DNA of 64,000 nucleotides from an uncultured Clostridia bacterium. GTDB lineage: Bacteria > Bacillota > Clostridia > TANB77 > CAG-508. The notes under the pieces were generated by a model. That model made no database searches and was not told the DNA's origin. It saw only the letters and a list, made by a program, of their open reading frames with translations. Shown one piece after another: positions 39,121 to 49,294 of the stretch. The stretch spans positions 19,483 through 83,482 of the forward strand of contig CALXMM010000002.1 of the NCBI GenBank assembly GCA_944389475.1, written 5' to 3'. A program made the position numbers and the translations under genes. Position 1 is the stretch's first letter. Every line of letters starts with the position of its first letter.

Positions 39121-41496
39121 TTATTTTAATTCTACAATAGTAACACCCATTTCGCCTTCACCAAAAGTACCAAGTCTAAAAGATTTTACATGTGGATTTG
39201 TTCTTAAAAAATTATGAATGCCATTTCTTAATTTTCCAGTACCTTTACCATGTACAATTCTAACAGATTGCAATTTAGCTAAGCTACAATCATCTAGATA
39301 TTTATCTATAACAAATATTGCTTCTTCTACTGTTTGTCCAATTACATTTATTTCTGGTGAAATATTTTTGGATTTTGAAATATTAGAAGAATATGATTTT
39401 GTTTGTATTTTTTTGTTTAAAGATTTTCCTTTTATTAAAGAAACTTCGGTAACAGGAACAAATGATTTTAAACTTCCAATTTGTACTTGAACTTCATTAT
39501 TTTTATTTGGCAAAGAAAGTAAAGTTCCAGTGTTCATGAATTTATTTATATAAACTTCCATACCAACTTGCAAATCATTAATATTTATACTTGATTTAGT
39601 ATTTAAATTTGTAGAGGTTTTAGAAGATACTTTCTTAATAGAATTATTTAAATCATTTCTTAAATTATCCAAATCTTTTAAAGAATTGGAATTATCAGTA
39701 ACTTTTCTTATTTTTCGTATAATATCTGTTGCTTCATCTTTTGCGGAATATAATATCTCACGAGCCTCTAACTTAGCCTTATCAATAATTTCACGTTTTT
39801 TATTTTGAACATCTGAATAATCTTTTGAAAGAGAGTTTTCCAATTTAGAAACTTCTAACAATTTCTGGTCTATTTCAGCTTTTTCGGTTTCAATTTTTTG
39901 TTTATTATCATAAATATTTTTAAGTAAATCCTCTATATGGATAGTATCAGAATCTATAAATTCATTTGCTCTTTTTAAAATATCTTCAGGAAGTCCAAGT
40001 TTTTTACTAATAGCAAAAGCATTACTTTTTCCTGGAACACCTATTAAAAGTTTATAGGTAGGGGAAAGAGTTTCTATGTTAAATTCTTGACTAGCATTTT
40101 CAAATCCATTATTAGTTAATGCATAATTTTTAATTTCTGGATAATGGGTCGTTGCTACTGTTAATGTACCTTGCTTATATAAATGTTCTAAAATACTAAT
40201 TGCTAAACTACTTCCTTCTATTGGGTCAGTACCTGATCCAAGTTCATCCAATAGAACTAAACTATTAGAGGTTGAATTCTTTATAATTTCTATAATATTT
40301 AAAATGTGAGAAGAAAAAGTACTTAAAGACTCTTGTATACTTTGTTCATCACCTATATCTGCAAATACATTGTCAAATACAAATATGCTACTTTTTTCAT
40401 TTGCCGGAATATTTAAGCCGGACATACCCATTAGAATTATTAATCCTATAGTTTTTAAGGTTACCGTTTTTCCACCGGTATTTGGACCAGTAATAACAAG
40501 AGTATTAAAATTCACTCCTAAATTAACATCAATTGGAACTACAGAGTCTTTATTAATTAATGGGTGCCTAGCTTTTATTAGATTAATTTGTTTTTTATCA
40601 TTTAATATAGGGCGTGTAGCATTAATATCGATAGAATAATTTGCTTTGGCAAATATAAAATCTAATATTCCAATAATTCTAACATTATTTTTTAGTTGTT
40701 CTAAGATATCATAAAGTAAATTAGAAAGAGTAGTTAGTATCTTTTCTATTTCGATATTTTCTTCAACATTTAAATTACTTATTTTGCCATTTAAATCAAA
40801 TATAGAAATTGGTTCTATAAAAACTGTGGAACCACTGTTAGAAATATCATGTATAAATCCTTTAATATTAGATTTGTATTCTTCTTTAACAGGTATAACA
40901 TATCTATCATTTCTTATTGTTACAACAGGCTCTTGAAGATATTTAGAATAGGTAGAAGAAGAAATATAAGAATTTAACTTGTTCTTTATTTCTTGTTCGG
41001 TTTTTCTTTTCGCAGTCCTAATATTAAATAAATTATTAGAAGCCCTGTCATCAAGAGTGTATTCATCGATTATAGTAGAAAAAATCTTATTTTCAATATC
41101 TTTATTAACATATAGATTATCAAAATAATTATATAATGAACTAAAATCATCTAAATTTATTAATTCATCGGAGAAAAAGTAAGATTTTAACTCATTAGAT
41201 AATTTTAAAATTTTTCCTATATTTAAAATATTAGAAATTGATAGTACTTTATTGCTACTTAAAGTTTTTAAACAAATTTCTATATCTTCTGAAATCTCAT
41301 AAATTGGAATATTTCCCTTTTTATACCTTAAGGTTACTGCTTCATTTGTCTCATCCAAAACTTTAATAACTTTAGTTTTATCCGTATATGGAAAAATATT
41401 ATTACAATAACGTTTTCCAATGTATGTTTTGGAATATTTTAATAAATTTTCCTTTATTTTATCAAATTCTAATTTTTGCAAATATTTGTTTAGCAT
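39121..41496 (-). CDS. mutS2: Endonuclease MutS2 (MutS domain plus C-terminal Smr domain)
   Basis: It has the MutS ATPase motif (ITGPNTGGKT, LLDELGSGTDP) and a C-terminal Smr domain (VIGQTVEEA...HGKGTGKLR). Confidence 0.9.
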   Translation of the reverse strand: MLNKYLQKLEFDKIKENLLKYSKTYIGKRYCNNIFPYTDKTKVIKVLDETNEAVTLRYKKGNIPIYEISEDIEICLKTLSSNKVLSISNILNIGKILKLSNELKSYFFSDELINLDDFSSLYNYFDNLYVNKDIENKIFSTIIDEYTLDDRASNNLFNIRTAKRKTEQEIKNKLNSYISSSTYSKYLQEPVVTIRNDRYVIPVKEEYKSNIKGFIHDISNSGSTVFIEPISIFDLNGKISNLNVEENIEIEKILTTLSNLLYDILEQLKNNVRIIGILDFIFAKANYSIDINATRPILNDKKQINLIKARHPLINKDSVVPIDVNLGVNFNTLVITGPNTGGKTVTLKTIGLIILMGMSGLNIPANEKSSIFVFDNVFADIGDEQSIQESLSTFSSHILNIIEIIKNSTSNSLVLLDELGSGTDPIEGSSLAISILEHLYKQGTLTVATTHYPEIKNYALTNNGFENASQEFNIETLSPTYKLLIGVPGKSNAFAISKKLGLPEDILKRANEFIDSDTIHIEDLLKNIYDNKQKIETEKAEIDQKLLEVSKLENSLSKDYSDVQNKKREIIDKAKLEAREILYSAKDEATDIIRKIRKVTDNSNSLKDLDNLRNDLNNSIKKVSSKTSTNLNTKSSININDLQVGMEVYINKFMNTGTLLSLPNKNNEVQVQIGSLKSFVPVTEVSLIKGKSLNKKIQTKSYSSNISKSKNISPEINVIGQTVEEAIFVIDKYLDDCSLAKLQSVRIVHGKGTGKLRNGIHNFLRTNPHVKSFRLGTFGEGEMGVTIVELK

Positions 41497-41508
41497 GAAA
41501 AAACTCCT

Positions 41509-42099
41509 TTATATTAAATTATATTTTTCAAAAATATTTTTAATCGTATGTGTATCCAAACCAACTATGGAGTTGTAATCACCATCATAACCTTTTAAAT
41601 ATACTTTGCCAATACCTTGTACTGCATAGGCACCAGCTTTATCCATAGGCTCTTTTGTATCAACATAGGAACAAATATCAAAATATGACATATTTTTAAA
41701 ATATACTGTTGATTTATTAACTCTAGTTTCAAAAACAACAGAATGTTCATTTTTTATAATAACGGTTGTTCCCGTATATATATCATTAGAATTTCCTTGT
41801 AATAATTTTAACATCCTAATAGCATCATCTTTATCTTTTGGTTTGCCTAAAATAATATTTCCAAAAGAAACTAAAGTGTCAGAACCAATTACAGTATATT
41901 CATTATCTTCTTTATATTTATTTAAAAAAATTGAATAAGCTTTTTCATATGATAATTTTGCTGCCAGCTTTTTTGGATTTTTTTCCATTTTCTTTAATTT
42001 ATTTTCATCAACATCACTTGGAATAATATCGAAATTACTTATTATAGTTGACAATAATTGTTTTCTTCTAGGAGAAGAAGAAGCTAAAATAAATTCCAT
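41509..42099 (-). CDS. maf: Maf-like nucleoside triphosphate pyrophosphatase
   Basis: It begins MEFILASSSPRRKQLL and carries the Maf signature. Confidence 0.85.
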   Translation of the reverse strand: MEFILASSSPRRKQLLSTIISNFDIIPSDVDENKLKKMEKNPKKLAAKLSYEKAYSIFLNKYKEDNEYTVIGSDTLVSFGNIILGKPKDKDDAIRMLKLLQGNSNDIYTGTTVIIKNEHSVVFETRVNKSTVYFKNMSYFDICSYVDTKEPMDKAGAYAVQGIGKVYLKGYDGDYNSIVGLDTHTIKNIFEKYNLI

Positions 42100-42212
42100 A
42101 ACAAAACCTCCTATAATATCACGTATTATAACATTTTTTATTTTAAAAAATCAATATTGCGTTTAGTTCTTTGCTATGATAAAATAAATAAAGCAAAAAT
42201 GGAGGATTTTAT

Positions 42213-44027
42213 ATGGAAGATAAACAGCAGAATATAAGGAATTTTAGCATAATTGCACATATAGATCATGGAAAATCAACATTAGCAGATAGAATGATTG
42301 AAATGACTGGTGTTCTTTCTAAAAGAGAAATGGAATCACAGGTATTAGATAATATGGAAATAGAAAGAGAACGTGGAATAACTATAAAATCACAATCTGT
42401 AAGAATGATTTATAAAGCTAAAAATGGACAAGAATATATTTTTAATTTGATAGATACACCGGGACATGTGGATTTTAATTATGAAGTATCTAGAAGTTTG
42501 GCGGCATGTGAAGGAGCAATATTAGTTGTAGATAGCAGTCAAGGAGTTGAGGCACAAACACTTGCCAATGTTTATTTAGCTCTAGATAATAATTTGGAAA
42601 TTTTACCAGTAATAAATAAAGTAGATTTACCAAATGCAAGACCGGAAGAAGTAAAAAAGGAAATAGAAGATATAATAGGAATTCCAGCTGAAGATGCACC
42701 ATGTATTTCTGCTAAGACAGGATTAAATGTGGATGAGGTATTGGAGAGAATTGTAACAGATATTCCAGCACCATCTGGAGATAAGAATAAACCTCTAAAA
42801 TGTTTAATATTTGATTCTTATTATGATAATTATAAGGGTGCAGTAAGCTATGTAAGAGTAAGAGATGGAAAAGTTAAAGTTGGGGATGAAATATTATTAA
42901 TGTCTTCAAATAAAACTTTTATAGTAACTGAAGTTGGATTTTTTGAACCAGGAAGATATTATCCTTGTGATGAGTTAGTTGCAGGAGATGTTGGATATAT
43001 TGCAGCTAGTATAAAGAGTTTATCAGATATTAGAGTTGGAGATACAATTACTTTAAAAGACAATAAGGCAGATGAACCTTTGCCAGGTTATAAAAAAGTA
43101 AATCCAATGGTATATTGTGGTTTATATCCTGTTGATGGAAATGATTATGAGAATTTAAAAGTAGCTTTAGAAAAATTACAATTAAATGATGCATCACTTC
43201 AATTTGAACCGGAGACATCTAATGCACTTGGTTTTGGATTTAGATGCGGTTTTTTAGGTTTATTACATCTGGAAATAATAGAAGAAAGATTAGATAAGGA
43301 ATTTGACTTAAGCTTAATAACAACATCACCTTCAGTTATTTATAAAGTACACAAAACGGATGGAAGTGTAATAGAATTATATAATCCAGCAGACTTACCT
43401 AGTCCACAGGAAATAAGCTATATGGAAGAACCTTTTGTGGAGGCAGAAATATTAACACCAAAGGATTTTGTAGGAAATATAATGGAAATATGCCAAAATA
43501 GAAGAGGCATATATAAAGACATGAAATATTTGGATGAAAATAGGGTAACATTAGTTTATGAATTACCTTTAAATGAAATAATTTATGATTTCTTTGATAC
43601 CTTAAAATCTAAAACAAAAGGATATGCATCATTTGATTATGAACTTAAAGAATATAGAAGATCTGATTTGGTAAAATTAGATATATATGTAAACGGAGAA
43701 AGTGTAGATGCATTAAGCTTTATAGTACATAAAGATTCTGCTTATGATAGAGGCAAGAAAATGATAGAAAAATTAAAAACAGTTATACCTCGTCATTTAT
43801 TTACAATCCCACTACAAGCAGTTGTAGGAGGAAAAATAATAGCTAGAGAAACAATTTCTGCAATGAGGAAAGATGTTTTGGCAAAATGCTATGGAGGAGA
43901 TATTACTAGAAAGAAAAAATTATTAGAGAAACAAAAACGTGGAAAGAAGAAAATGCGTGAAATAGGAAATGTAGAAATACCACAGGAAGCATTTCTATCA
44001 GTACTAAAATTGGATGAAGATAAATAA
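42213..44027 (+). CDS. lepA: Elongation factor 4 (LepA)
   Basis: The GTPase motifs are [16 protein letters not shown] and DTPGHVDF, and the C-terminus is the LepA-specific one. Confidence 0.95.
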   Translation: MEDKQQNIRNFSIIAHIDHGKSTLADRMIEMTGVLSKREMESQVLDNMEIERERGITIKSQSVRMIYKAKNGQEYIFNLIDTPGHVDFNYEVSRSLAACEGAILVVDSSQGVEAQTLANVYLALDNNLEILPVINKVDLPNARPEEVKKEIEDIIGIPAEDAPCISAKTGLNVDEVLERIVTDIPAPSGDKNKPLKCLIFDSYYDNYKGAVSYVRVRDGKVKVGDEILLMSSNKTFIVTEVGFFEPGRYYPCDELVAGDVGYIAASIKSLSDIRVGDTITLKDNKADEPLPGYKKVNPMVYCGLYPVDGNDYENLKVALEKLQLNDASLQFEPETSNALGFGFRCGFLGLLHLEIIEERLDKEFDLSLITTSPSVIYKVHKTDGSVIELYNPADLPSPQEISYMEEPFVEAEILTPKDFVGNIMEICQNRRGIYKDMKYLDENRVTLVYELPLNEIIYDFFDTLKSKTKGYASFDYELKEYRRSDLVKLDIYVNGESVDALSFIVHKDSAYDRGKKMIEKLKTVIPRHLFTIPLQAVVGGKIIARETISAMRKDVLAKCYGGDITRKKKLLEKQKRGKKKMREIGNVEIPQEAFLSVLKLDEDK

Positions 44028-44049
44028 ATTCATAGATATGGGAGGATAT

Positions 44050-44802
44050 ATGAGCGAAAAAGAATATGAGGACCAAATAGAAGGTAGAAATAGTGTTCTA
44101 GAATTGCTTGATTCAGGTAAGGATATTAATAAGATATATGTCCAAATAGGTGAAAAGCATGGTTCAATCAATAAGATAATAGCAAAAGCAAAGGAAAAAC
44201 GAATTGTAATAGTGCAAACTGAAAAATCAAAATTGGATAAAATGAGTCAAACTAAAAATCATCAAGGAGTTATAGCTATTGTTCCACCTTTTGAATACAG
44301 TTCTGTAGATGATATATTAGAAGAGGCTAGGGAAAGAAATGAAAAACCATTTATATTAATATTGGATGGGATTGAAGACCCACACAATTTGGGTTCTATT
44401 ATAAGAACTGCAGAAACTGCAGGCGTACATGGGATAATAATTCCAAAAAGAAGGGCTGCATCTGTTAACAGTACTGTTAATAAGACATCTGCAGGTGCTG
44501 TACAATATATGAAAATTGCAAGAGTAAATAACATAAATGAAACTATAAAATATCTAAAAGAAAACGATGTATGGATATGTGGAACAGATATGAATACGAA
44601 TGTATATTATTACGAAGAAGATTATAAGATTCCCATTGCAATTGTAATTGGAAGCGAAGGCTTTGGAATGAGTAGATTAGTAAAGGAAAATTGTGATTTC
44701 TTAGTAAAAATTCCAATGAAAGGAAAAATAACATCATTAAATGCTTCTGTATCATCTGGAATTATAATGTACGAAGTAGTTAAACAGAGAGAAAAAATAT
44801 AG
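44050..44802 (+). CDS. rlmB: TrmH-family 23S rRNA (guanosine-2'-O)-methyltransferase RlmB-like
   Basis: It has SpoU methylase motifs (ILDGIEDPHNLGSIIRTAE, IVIGSEGFGMS). Confidence 0.8.
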   Translation: MSEKEYEDQIEGRNSVLELLDSGKDINKIYVQIGEKHGSINKIIAKAKEKRIVIVQTEKSKLDKMSQTKNHQGVIAIVPPFEYSSVDDILEEARERNEKPFILILDGIEDPHNLGSIIRTAETAGVHGIIIPKRRAASVNSTVNKTSAGAVQYMKIARVNNINETIKYLKENDVWICGTDMNTNVYYYEEDYKIPIAIVIGSEGFGMSRLVKENCDFLVKIPMKGKITSLNASVSSGIIMYEVVKQREKI

Positions 44803-44837
44803 ATTAAACATAGTACAAAAGATGGGGGGAAAAGGAT

Positions 44838-46601
44838 ATGATGGGAAGAAAGAAAAGAATATTAATTATAGTACTTTCTATCTCAATTGTTTTACTTGTA
44901 ATAATAGGAGGAATTTTATTCTATTTAAATTATGCAACAGATACTTTTAAAAGTACAAATGAATTATTTTATAAATATCTTTATCAGAATGGTTCAATAG
45001 CAAATGTTTTTGATACAAATTTATTAGATAGGTATTATCAAAAAATAGATAATAATCCATATAATGGTACTGGGGAATTAACTATAAAAACTGGAATGGC
45101 AGATAATTCAGAAAGTGATACGAAAGAATTTGATGAGTTCTTAAATAATTTAAAATTAACCTATGAAACCAAAAGTAATTTATCAGAGAAAAAACAAGAA
45201 GTAGAAACTAAAATTTCATATAATGACCAGGAACAATTTAAATTTAACATAATAAAAAATGATAATAATTATGGCATAAAATCTGATGAAGTAGTATATA
45301 AATATTTAGTTGTAAAAAATGAAAATTTAAGAGATATTTATAATAAATTAGGTGTACAAAATGCAGATAATATTCCAAATCAATTTAGTAGAATAGACTA
45401 TAATATTTATAAAAACATGAATGCTGAAGATAAGTCTAAGATTTTATCTACATATCAAAATTTATTAAATTCTGAAATACAAGAAAATCACTACTCAAAA
45501 CAATCAAAAGTTAATTTAACAGTAAATGGACAAAATATTGTTACTAATGCATATGCTTTAAGCTTAACAGGACAAGAAATAGCTTCATTAAAAATCAGTT
45601 TTTTAGAAACTTTAATGGAAGATGAATTAACTTTAAAATATATAGTTCAATTTTTACAAATGGACCCATCATATACTGTTCAATTAAAACAAAATATACA
45701 GGAGAAAATAGATGCATTAAAAAGGGAACAACAGACTAATGATGTTGTTAAAATCACGGTTTATGAGAGTAATAGACAACTTGTAACAACTAGAATTGAA
45801 AGCAAGGATTTTAACTATACAATTGATAATATTATATCTGAAAATAACCAAAAAGTAATAGTAACAAAAACTTCTAATGATGGCAATAATATAAATGATA
45901 CTCTTACAATCGAAAGAAATACATCTGATAGTAAGAATTCATTATACATAGAATATGTTTCAAAGACTGGAGAAACAACAACTAATAGAAATGCCTTAAC
46001 AATAGAATTAGATGGTATTATTGAATCAAACGAGTTAAGTATAAATGCTAAGTTTGAAAATCTTGATGGAAATAAAACAAATGAAATTAATTTAAGTGAT
46101 AAGAAAGAATTTACATCAGAGGTAGATGTGGATGAGTTAAATTCTGATAATGCTGTAAGTGTTAATGCAATGAATGTGGAGGATTTAAAATCTTTGTATA
46201 ATGCACTTATAGATAGACTAAAGAGCTTATATAATGAAAAGGTTCAAAATTTAGGAATTGATGTTAATACAATAAACTATCAAGGAAGTTTAAAATGGAG
46301 TCGAATAGTTGATGCATTTGATGAAGATGAATTTAAAGCGCAAGTCCAAAGAGCTTTAAATCTAGCAAAGGATGATTTACAAAATAGGGATGAATACAAA
46401 GCATTAATAGAGCAAGCTTCTGGTGATACGAATAAAATTAATCAAGTAAAAGGTTTAGTAACAGTGGAACGATTAAAAGAAACAGGATTAGATGCTTCAT
46501 TAAATGGAGAAGACAATTCTATTTCGATAAAGACTAATAGCGAATCTGCTCATAAATATGAAATAGATTATGATAATTTTAAAATATCAAAAATAGAATA
46601 G
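44838..46601 (+). CDS. N-terminally membrane-anchored extracytoplasmic protein of unknown function (587 aa)
   Basis: It has a single N-terminal TM helix followed by an N/K/T-rich soluble region. I recognise no family. Confidence 0.5.
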   Translation: MMGRKKRILIIVLSISIVLLVIIGGILFYLNYATDTFKSTNELFYKYLYQNGSIANVFDTNLLDRYYQKIDNNPYNGTGELTIKTGMADNSESDTKEFDEFLNNLKLTYETKSNLSEKKQEVETKISYNDQEQFKFNIIKNDNNYGIKSDEVVYKYLVVKNENLRDIYNKLGVQNADNIPNQFSRIDYNIYKNMNAEDKSKILSTYQNLLNSEIQENHYSKQSKVNLTVNGQNIVTNAYALSLTGQEIASLKISFLETLMEDELTLKYIVQFLQMDPSYTVQLKQNIQEKIDALKREQQTNDVVKITVYESNRQLVTTRIESKDFNYTIDNIISENNQKVIVTKTSNDGNNINDTLTIERNTSDSKNSLYIEYVSKTGETTTNRNALTIELDGIIESNELSINAKFENLDGNKTNEINLSDKKEFTSEVDVDELNSDNAVSVNAMNVEDLKSLYNALIDRLKSLYNEKVQNLGIDVNTINYQGSLKWSRIVDAFDEDEFKAQVQRALNLAKDDLQNRDEYKALIEQASGDTNKINQVKGLVTVERLKETGLDASLNGEDNSISIKTNSESAHKYEIDYDNFKISKIE

Positions 46602-46673
46602 ATTGCAATAAACAAAGTTGACATTAAAAATACAGTGTATTGCAAAAATACAGTATATTGCAACAAATAAACA

Positions 46674-46702
46674 TTGCTAAATTATGTAAATTGTGATAAA
46701 AT
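46674..46702 (+). promoter_or_regulatory. Promoter with an extended -10 (TTGCTA-N12-TGTGATAAAAT), preceded by ATTGCAA direct repeats
   Basis: It is seen directly, about 55 nt upstream of the GC-rich ORF. Confidence 0.4.
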
Positions 46703-46756
46703 AATAATGTATGGCATTAGCTATATTGAAATGGTACTCCAATAGAAAGGATTAAA

Positions 46757-47407
46757 ATGAAGGTTCCAGAATACACGAATCTTGAAGATCTCGATAAGAG
46801 AAAGAAGATTCGGGTTTCTATCCCCCGTGATCGGTGTACTGTGATTCCTGCGGAATTTAGTGGTTGGAAATATCCTCAAGAATTTACAGGAAATGACTGG
46901 TTAAGTCCGATTTCTGCAAAGTCAAGTCAGCTTCCTGTAAAGCCTCATCAACTTTGCGCAAAGCTTGTTGGTCTTGCAGAAGACAAGAAGTCGGGCGGTC
47001 ATCCGGTTTATGTGGTAGATCCTTCTACTACATTGCTTAAGCTGGGTGGACCGAATGGCATGGACTTTGGTCCAGGTATCTTGGATAGGATTTGTAGGGA
47101 CATGTTCATTCAACCCGGTGTTATTGCGGCTTTTAGCCTGACACGTTCGGTGTTGGAAAGGTTCGATTACGAACACGAAGATTGTGCTGTGCCTTATTGG
47201 GTATCCTCTCGAGTCACGGAAGTATTCAATAAATCCTGCGAATACAACCTTTGCAGGGTGAGAGATGGCAGACTTCACCTTAGAAGACTGTATAATTCTG
47301 ATGGATTCGGTCGGAACCGAGAAGGTGCTGTTCGTGCGGTAATCGTACTGCAAACCAAGGTGCCTAGCACCAAGGGGCGCACCGACATCAAGTGGGTTGA
47401 GTTCTAG
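46757..47407 (+). CDS. Compositionally foreign hypothetical protein (216 aa; gene about 47% GC against a genome of about 28%)
   Basis: Its length is very improbable by chance at this GC content. It has an AAAGGA RBS 5 nt upstream and a host-like promoter. The product is R/V/P/G/C-rich, unlike host proteins. An alternative reading is a structured RNA. Confidence 0.4.
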   Translation: MKVPEYTNLEDLDKRKKIRVSIPRDRCTVIPAEFSGWKYPQEFTGNDWLSPISAKSSQLPVKPHQLCAKLVGLAEDKKSGGHPVYVVDPSTTLLKLGGPNGMDFGPGILDRICRDMFIQPGVIAAFSLTRSVLERFDYEHEDCAVPYWVSSRVTEVFNKSCEYNLCRVRDGRLHLRRLYNSDGFGRNREGAVRAVIVLQTKVPSTKGRTDIKWVEF

Positions 47408-47447
47408 GTACCAGTAAAGAAACCTCTGTAATAGGGGTTTCTTTACA
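47407..47447 (+). terminator. Hairpin terminator after the GC-rich gene
   Basis: A perfect 11-bp stem, gtaaagaaacc/ggtttctttac, is followed by a weak T tract. Confidence 0.5.
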
Positions 47448-47486
47448 TATATATTATAAGCAAATAAAAATTCTAGTGATTTACTA

Positions 47487-47515
47487 TTGACAAAAATTAA
47501 AAATACTAGTATACT
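47487..47515 (+). promoter_or_regulatory. Sigma-A promoter for rpmF (TTGACA-17-TATACT)
   Basis: The hexamers are seen directly in the sequence. Confidence 0.5.
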
Positions 47516-47587
47516 AATACAGTAATGGAATTTATGAGAAAAATTAAATAGATATATAAATATCTTATGTTAAAGGGGGGAATAAAA

Positions 47588-47782
47588 ATGGCACAACCAA
47601 AAAGAAGATGGTCAAAACAAAGAACTCATAAAAGAAGATCAACATGGAAATTAGAAACTCCAAAATTTACAACATGCTCACATTGCCATGAACCTGTAAT
47701 GCCACACAGAGTTTGCCCAACATGTGGATATTATAATGGAGAAGAAGTTGTAGTTAAGGAAACAAAAACAGCAAATAATTAA
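47588..47782 (+). CDS. rpmF: 50S ribosomal protein L32
   Basis: MAQPKRRWSKQRTHKRRSTWKL...CSHCHEPVMPHRVCPTCGYYNG aligns with B. subtilis L32. The track's ATG at 47567 is an upstream false start. Confidence 0.85.
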   Translation: MAQPKRRWSKQRTHKRRSTWKLETPKFTTCSHCHEPVMPHRVCPTCGYYNGEEVVVKETKTANN

Positions 47783-47948
47783 TGAATTATAATGATTAAG
47801 AGTAGAAAGGACTAAAATATTAAGTAATTAATGTTTTAGTCCTTTTTGTTTTCTAATTAAAATACATCACAAAACGAAATGAAGGATTTTACCAAATTAT
47901 TGACTTGAATAATTAAATAGTATAAAATGTGAGCGAGAGGTGAAATAA

Positions 47949-49283
47949 ATGGCAAAACCGATTGTGGCAATAATAGGAAAACCAAATGTTGGAAAGTCAA
48001 CATTTTTTAATTATATAGTAGGAAAAAGAATATCAATCGTAGAAGATACTCCTGGTGTTACGAGAGATAGAGTATATGGAGAAGCTAACTGGAGAGGGAG
48101 AGAATTTACATTAATAGATACTGGTGGAATAGAACCAGAATCAAATGATGAAATTTTAGTACAAATGAGGACACAAGCAAATATTGCAATAGATGTAGCA
48201 GATGTAATTATTTTTATGACAGATATTAAACAGGGGGTAACAGCAGCAGACCAAGATATTGCAATTATGTTAAAGAAAGCGAAGAAACCAGTAGTATTAG
48301 TATGTAATAAATCAGATTCTTTTGGAAAAGTAGAAGATGAAATATATGAATTTTATAATTTAGGATTAGGTGACCCATATGCAATATCAGCTACAAATGC
48401 AAAAGGACTTGGAGATGTGCTAGATGCAATTTACGATAAATTCCCAGAAGAAAAGGAAGAGGAAGATTTAGGAACAGAAATAAAAGTAGCGGTAATAGGA
48501 AAGCCAAATGTTGGAAAATCATCTTTAATTAATAAGATTTTAGGAGAAAATAGAGTAATTGTAAGTAATGTAGCCGGAACAACAAGGGATGCAGTAGATT
48601 CAAATTTTGAAAATGAATATGGAAAATATGTATTTATAGATACTGCAGGAATTAGAAGAAAATCAAAAGTAACAGAAAATATAGAGAGATACAGTGTAAT
48701 GCGTTCAAAACTAGCAATAGAAAGAGCTGATGTATGTTTATTATTAATAGATGCAACAGAAGGGGTTTCAGACCAAGATACTAAGATCGCGGGTGAAGCA
48801 CATGAAGCGGGAAAAGGTATAATAATTGTTGTTAACAAATGGGATGCTTTGGAAAAAGATAATGGAACATTAGAAAAATATAAAAAAGAAGTATACAATA
48901 AATTATCATATATTTCATATGCACCAATTATATTTATTTCAGCCAAAACTGGTCAAAGAATAAATAAATTATTTGAAATGATAAATATTGTTGCTAACCA
49001 AAATGCAATAAGAATACCTACAGCTACACTAAATCAAATAATTAATGAGGCAGTAGCAGTTAGACAACCACCAACAGATAGAGGACGTAGATTAAAAATT
49101 TTATATGCAACTCAAGCTTCTACTAAACCACCAACTTTTGTAATTTTTGTAAATGTTAAAAAGTTATTTCACTTTTCTTACCAAAGGTATTTAATGAACC
49201 AAATAAGAAGTGAATTTAAACTTACTGGAACACCAATAAGACTAATAGTAAGAGAAAAAGGAAAAACTATAGAGACTAAATAG
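47949..49283 (+). CDS. der: Ribosome biogenesis GTPase Der (EngA)
   Basis: It has two tandem GTPase domains (GKPNVGKSTFFN and GKPNVGKSSLIN) and a C-terminal KH-like domain. Confidence 0.95.
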   Translation: MAKPIVAIIGKPNVGKSTFFNYIVGKRISIVEDTPGVTRDRVYGEANWRGREFTLIDTGGIEPESNDEILVQMRTQANIAIDVADVIIFMTDIKQGVTAADQDIAIMLKKAKKPVVLVCNKSDSFGKVEDEIYEFYNLGLGDPYAISATNAKGLGDVLDAIYDKFPEEKEEEDLGTEIKVAVIGKPNVGKSSLINKILGENRVIVSNVAGTTRDAVDSNFENEYGKYVFIDTAGIRRKSKVTENIERYSVMRSKLAIERADVCLLLIDATEGVSDQDTKIAGEAHEAGKGIIIVVNKWDALEKDNGTLEKYKKEVYNKLSYISYAPIIFISAKTGQRINKLFEMINIVANQNAIRIPTATLNQIINEAVAVRQPPTDRGRRLKILYATQASTKPPTFVIFVNVKKLFHFSYQRYLMNQIRSEFKLTGTPIRLIVREKGKTIETK

Positions 49284-49294
49284 GAGGAATTTAT

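Noticed and set aside
46922-47353. 143-aa antisense ORF inside the GC-rich unit
   Set aside because: A shadow ORF typical of GC-rich coding sequence. It has no RBS and its product is low-complexity.
46757-47407. The GC-rich block being rRNA, tmRNA, RNase P or a group I/II intron
   Set aside because: It has no tmRNA termini (GGGG...CCACCA). It has no P4 motifs, and the genuine rnpB is at 53064. It is too short for a group II intron and carries no intron-encoded protein. A long sense ORF with a good RBS favours coding. An unknown structured RNA remains an open alternative, recorded in the finding.
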